The notes below the pieces were generated by a model, which was given only the letters and a program-made list of their open reading frames with translations, was not told where the DNA came from and did no database searches. From an uncultured Stenotrophomonas sp. (GTDB lineage: Bacteria; Pseudomonadota; Gammaproteobacteria; Xanthomonadales; Xanthomonadaceae), in assembly GCA_946223375.1 (NCBI GenBank), contig CAMICU010000001.1:1-61242 (forward strand): a stretch of DNA of 61,242 nucleotides, read 5' to 3'. Position numbers and translations under genes: made by a program. The stretch's first letter is position 1, and each line of letters opens with the position of its first letter. Below, one piece after another: positions 58,966 through 61,242 of this stretch.

Positions 58966-61083
58966 ATGAAGACGATCATTCAATCCGAGGCGGCCGAATG
59001 CGGCCTGGCTTCGCTGGCAATGGTGGCCGACGCGCATGGATTGCGTATCGGCCTGGCCGAACTGCGCAGGCGCTTTCCGCTCTCGCTGAAAGGGGCAAAA
59101 CTCAGCCAGCTGATCAACATCGCGCAGCAACTGGGATTCTCCACGCGGCCACTGCGGTTGGGGATGGACGACCTGGGCAAGCTGACGCTGCCGTGCATCC
59201 TGCATTGGGACCTGAACCACTTCGTGGTGCTGCGCAAGGTGGGCACGTCCAAGGTGGTGATCGTGGACCCCGCCTTGGGCGAGCGCACGCTGAGCGCGGC
59301 CGAAGTGTCCGATCACTTCACCGGCGTTGCGCTGGAGATGTCGCCGGCGGCCACGTTCGCGCCCCGCAAGGCCGCGCCCTCGATCACTGTCCGGCAATTG
59401 ACCGGGCCGGTGCGTGGCCTGTGGCGGGCCTTGGCGCAGCTGCTGTTGCTGTCGCTGGCGCTGCAGGTGTTCGTGGTGCTGGCGCCGTTCCTGATGCAGT
59501 GGGTGGTCGATCAGGTGCTGGTCTCGGCCGACCGCGACCTGCTCACCGTGCTTGGGCTCGGCTTTGGCCTGGCGCTGCTGCTGCAGGTCGGGATCGGCGT
59601 GCTGCGCGGCGCGGCGGTGCTGCATCTGTCGTCGCGGCTGGGCCTGCAATGGATGGGCAACGTGTTCGCGCACCTGCTGCGATTGCCGCTGGATTTCTTC
59701 GAGAAGCGCAATCTGGGGGATATCACCTCGCGGCTGTCATCGGTGCAGGCCATCCAGAAAACCTTGACCACCAGTTTCGTCGAGGCCCTGATCGATGGCC
59801 TGATGGCGGTGCTGACGCTGGCGCTGATGCTGGTCTATAGCTGGAAGCTGGCGTTGGTGACCCTGCTGGCGGTGGCCTTGTACACCTTGATCCGCGCCAT
59901 TGCCTGGCGGCCGCTGCGGGATGGCACCGAACAGCAGCTGGTGGCTTCGGCGCGACAGCAGACGCATCTGCTCGAATCCCTGCGTGGCATGCAGAGCCTG
60001 AAAGTTGCCGGCGAGGAGTCCCGACGACGCAGCACCTACGACAACCTGATGGTGGACACCCTCAACCGCGATGTGAGGCTGGCGCATCTGGGACTGGGTT
60101 TCAACGGTGCCAGCCAGCTGCTGTTTGGCATCGAACGTATCGCGGTGATCTGGATCGGTGCGCTGCTGGCGCTGGACAACGTGTTCTCGGTGGGCATGTT
60201 GATCGCCTACCTGGCCTACAAGGATCAGTTTGCCGGCCGCATGTCCGGGCTGATCGACAAATGGCTGGAGTTCCGCATGTTGCGGTTGCACGGTGAGCGT
60301 CTGGCCGACATCGTGCTGGCCGCGCCGGAAGCGGAGACGGATGGTGGCGAGGCGCGGCCAGCGGAGGATTCCCGTATCGAGGTTGAAGGCCTTTCCTTCC
60401 GCTATGCCGACGGTGAGCCGTGGGTGCTGCGCGACTGCAGTTTCAGCATCGCGCCGGGCGAGGCGGTGGCCGTGGTGGGCGCGTCCGGGTGTGGCAAGAC
60501 CACGTTGTTGAAGCTGCTGCTGGGCCTGCTGCAGCCCAGCGGCGGCAGCATCCGCATCGGCGGGCATGATCTGCACCGGCTCGGCGCGCGCAATGTGCGC
60601 GCCATCGTCGGGGCGGTGATGCAGGACGACCAGCTGTTCGCCGGCAGCATTGCCGACAACATCGGCTTCTTCGACCCGGACTTCGATCTGGCGCGGGTGG
60701 AGATGGCCGCGCGCCTGGCGGCGGTGCATGAGGACATCCAGGCCATGCCGATGGGCTATCACGGCCTGATCGGCGACATGGGCAGCTCCCTGTCCGGCGG
60801 GCAGAAGCAGCGGATCATGCTGGCGCGGGCGCTGTACCGGCAGCCCAAGCTGCTGTTCCTGGACGAGGCCACCAGCCATCTGGACGTGCTGAGCGAGCGC
60901 CTGGTCAATGATGCGGTGCGCCAGCTGCGGCTGACCCGGCTGATCATCGCCCACCGCCCGGAAACCATCGCCAGCGCCGACCGGGTGCTGGTGATGGAGC
61001 AGGGCAGGGTGGTTCAGGAACTGCGGGCGCCACCGTCCGCGCCTGCCGGCGGGACGCCGACCGCGGCCCCGCTGCCGGCCTGA
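58966..61083 (+). CDS. Peptidase-containing ABC transporter (C39 + TMD + NBD; CvaB/RaxB-like)
   Basis: QSEAAECGLASL, HWDLNHFVVL, DP; GASGCGKTT, LSGGQKQR, LDEATSHLD. Confidence 0.95.
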   Translation: MKTIIQSEAAECGLASLAMVADAHGLRIGLAELRRRFPLSLKGAKLSQLINIAQQLGFSTRPLRLGMDDLGKLTLPCILHWDLNHFVVLRKVGTSKVVIVDPALGERTLSAAEVSDHFTGVALEMSPAATFAPRKAAPSITVRQLTGPVRGLWRALAQLLLLSLALQVFVVLAPFLMQWVVDQVLVSADRDLLTVLGLGFGLALLLQVGIGVLRGAAVLHLSSRLGLQWMGNVFAHLLRLPLDFFEKRNLGDITSRLSSVQAIQKTLTTSFVEALIDGLMAVLTLALMLVYSWKLALVTLLAVALYTLIRAIAWRPLRDGTEQQLVASARQQTHLLESLRGMQSLKVAGEESRRRSTYDNLMVDTLNRDVRLAHLGLGFNGASQLLFGIERIAVIWIGALLALDNVFSVGMLIAYLAYKDQFAGRMSGLIDKWLEFRMLRLHGERLADIVLAAPEAETDGGEARPAEDSRIEVEGLSFRYADGEPWVLRDCSFSIAPGEAVAVVGASGCGKTTLLKLLLGLLQPSGGSIRIGGHDLHRLGARNVRAIVGAVMQDDQLFAGSIADNIGFFDPDFDLARVEMAARLAAVHEDIQAMPMGYHGLIGDMGSSLSGGQKQRIMLARALYRQPKLLFLDEATSHLDVLSERLVNDAVRQLRLTRLIIAHRPETIASADRVLVMEQGRVVQELRAPPSAPAGGTPTAAPLPA

Positions 61084-61196
61084 GTGAGCGCTGCCGGGCG
61101 GCGGGCCCGAAGCGGGACGGAGAGGAGGGCGGGGCGGCCCGCCTCCGCCGTCCGCTGCTAGAATTACGCGGTCCTGTTTTCTTCGTGAATGACGCC

Positions 61197-61242
61197 ATGA
61201 GCCATACCGTGGTCGCCGAGCTCGCCGCCGCCGTGCTGAAGG
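61197..61242 (+). CDS. Possible start of the next gene (MSHTVVAELAAAVLK...), runs off the window
   Basis: ATG with coding-like codons; TAGAAT -10-like hexamer upstream. Confidence 0.4.
   Translation, partial: MSHTVVAELAAAVLK

Noticed and set aside
55813..59673. 1286-aa minus-strand ORF
   Set aside because: Antisense shadow of the M16 and ABC genes. Long stop-free opposite frames are common in high-GC DNA, and it has no recognisable motifs.
54298..61083. Calling the export locus raxSTAB or a colicin V operon
   Set aside because: No sulfotransferase, RaxX-like or CvaC/Cvi-like gene is visible.

Overview
High-GC chromosomal segment, most likely from a Xanthomonadaceae (Stenotrophomonas/Xanthomonas-like) genome. 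This is inferred from gene content, ~60-bp Xanthomonas-type attC sites and GTAG-type REPs. Layout: (i) 0-17 kb is an accessory block of exported hydrolases (two serine beta-lactamase-fold proteins, a subclass B3 metallo-beta-lactamase, an alpha/beta hydrolase, a cyclase) with LytTR, LysR and GlxA regulators. (ii) 17.5-19.3 kb is a decaying integron not evident from the ORF track: a probable intI remnant, an attI-like core and three cassettes with progressively damaged attC sites. (iii) It abuts a frmR-frmA-orf-fghA formaldehyde operon whose orphan ORF is flanked by a 9-bp direct repeat. (iv) 22-35 kb holds core-like genes (GGDEF, DegV, grxD fusion, DEAD helicase, aminotransferase, rsgA, QEGLA protein). 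(v) 35.5-44 kb holds D-amino-acid or amino-sugar-acid catabolic genes. (vi) 44-53 kb is a dicarboxylate module (porin, LuxR regulator, hybrid sensor, dctA, maeB) with a shared 18-bp upstream motif. (vii) 53.5-61 kb is an XRE regulator plus HlyD, small or frameshifted ORFs, an M16 peptidase and a C39-peptidase ABC exporter: an orphan peptide maturation/export system with no recognisable precursor. All calls come from motif recognition by eye; no searches were run.
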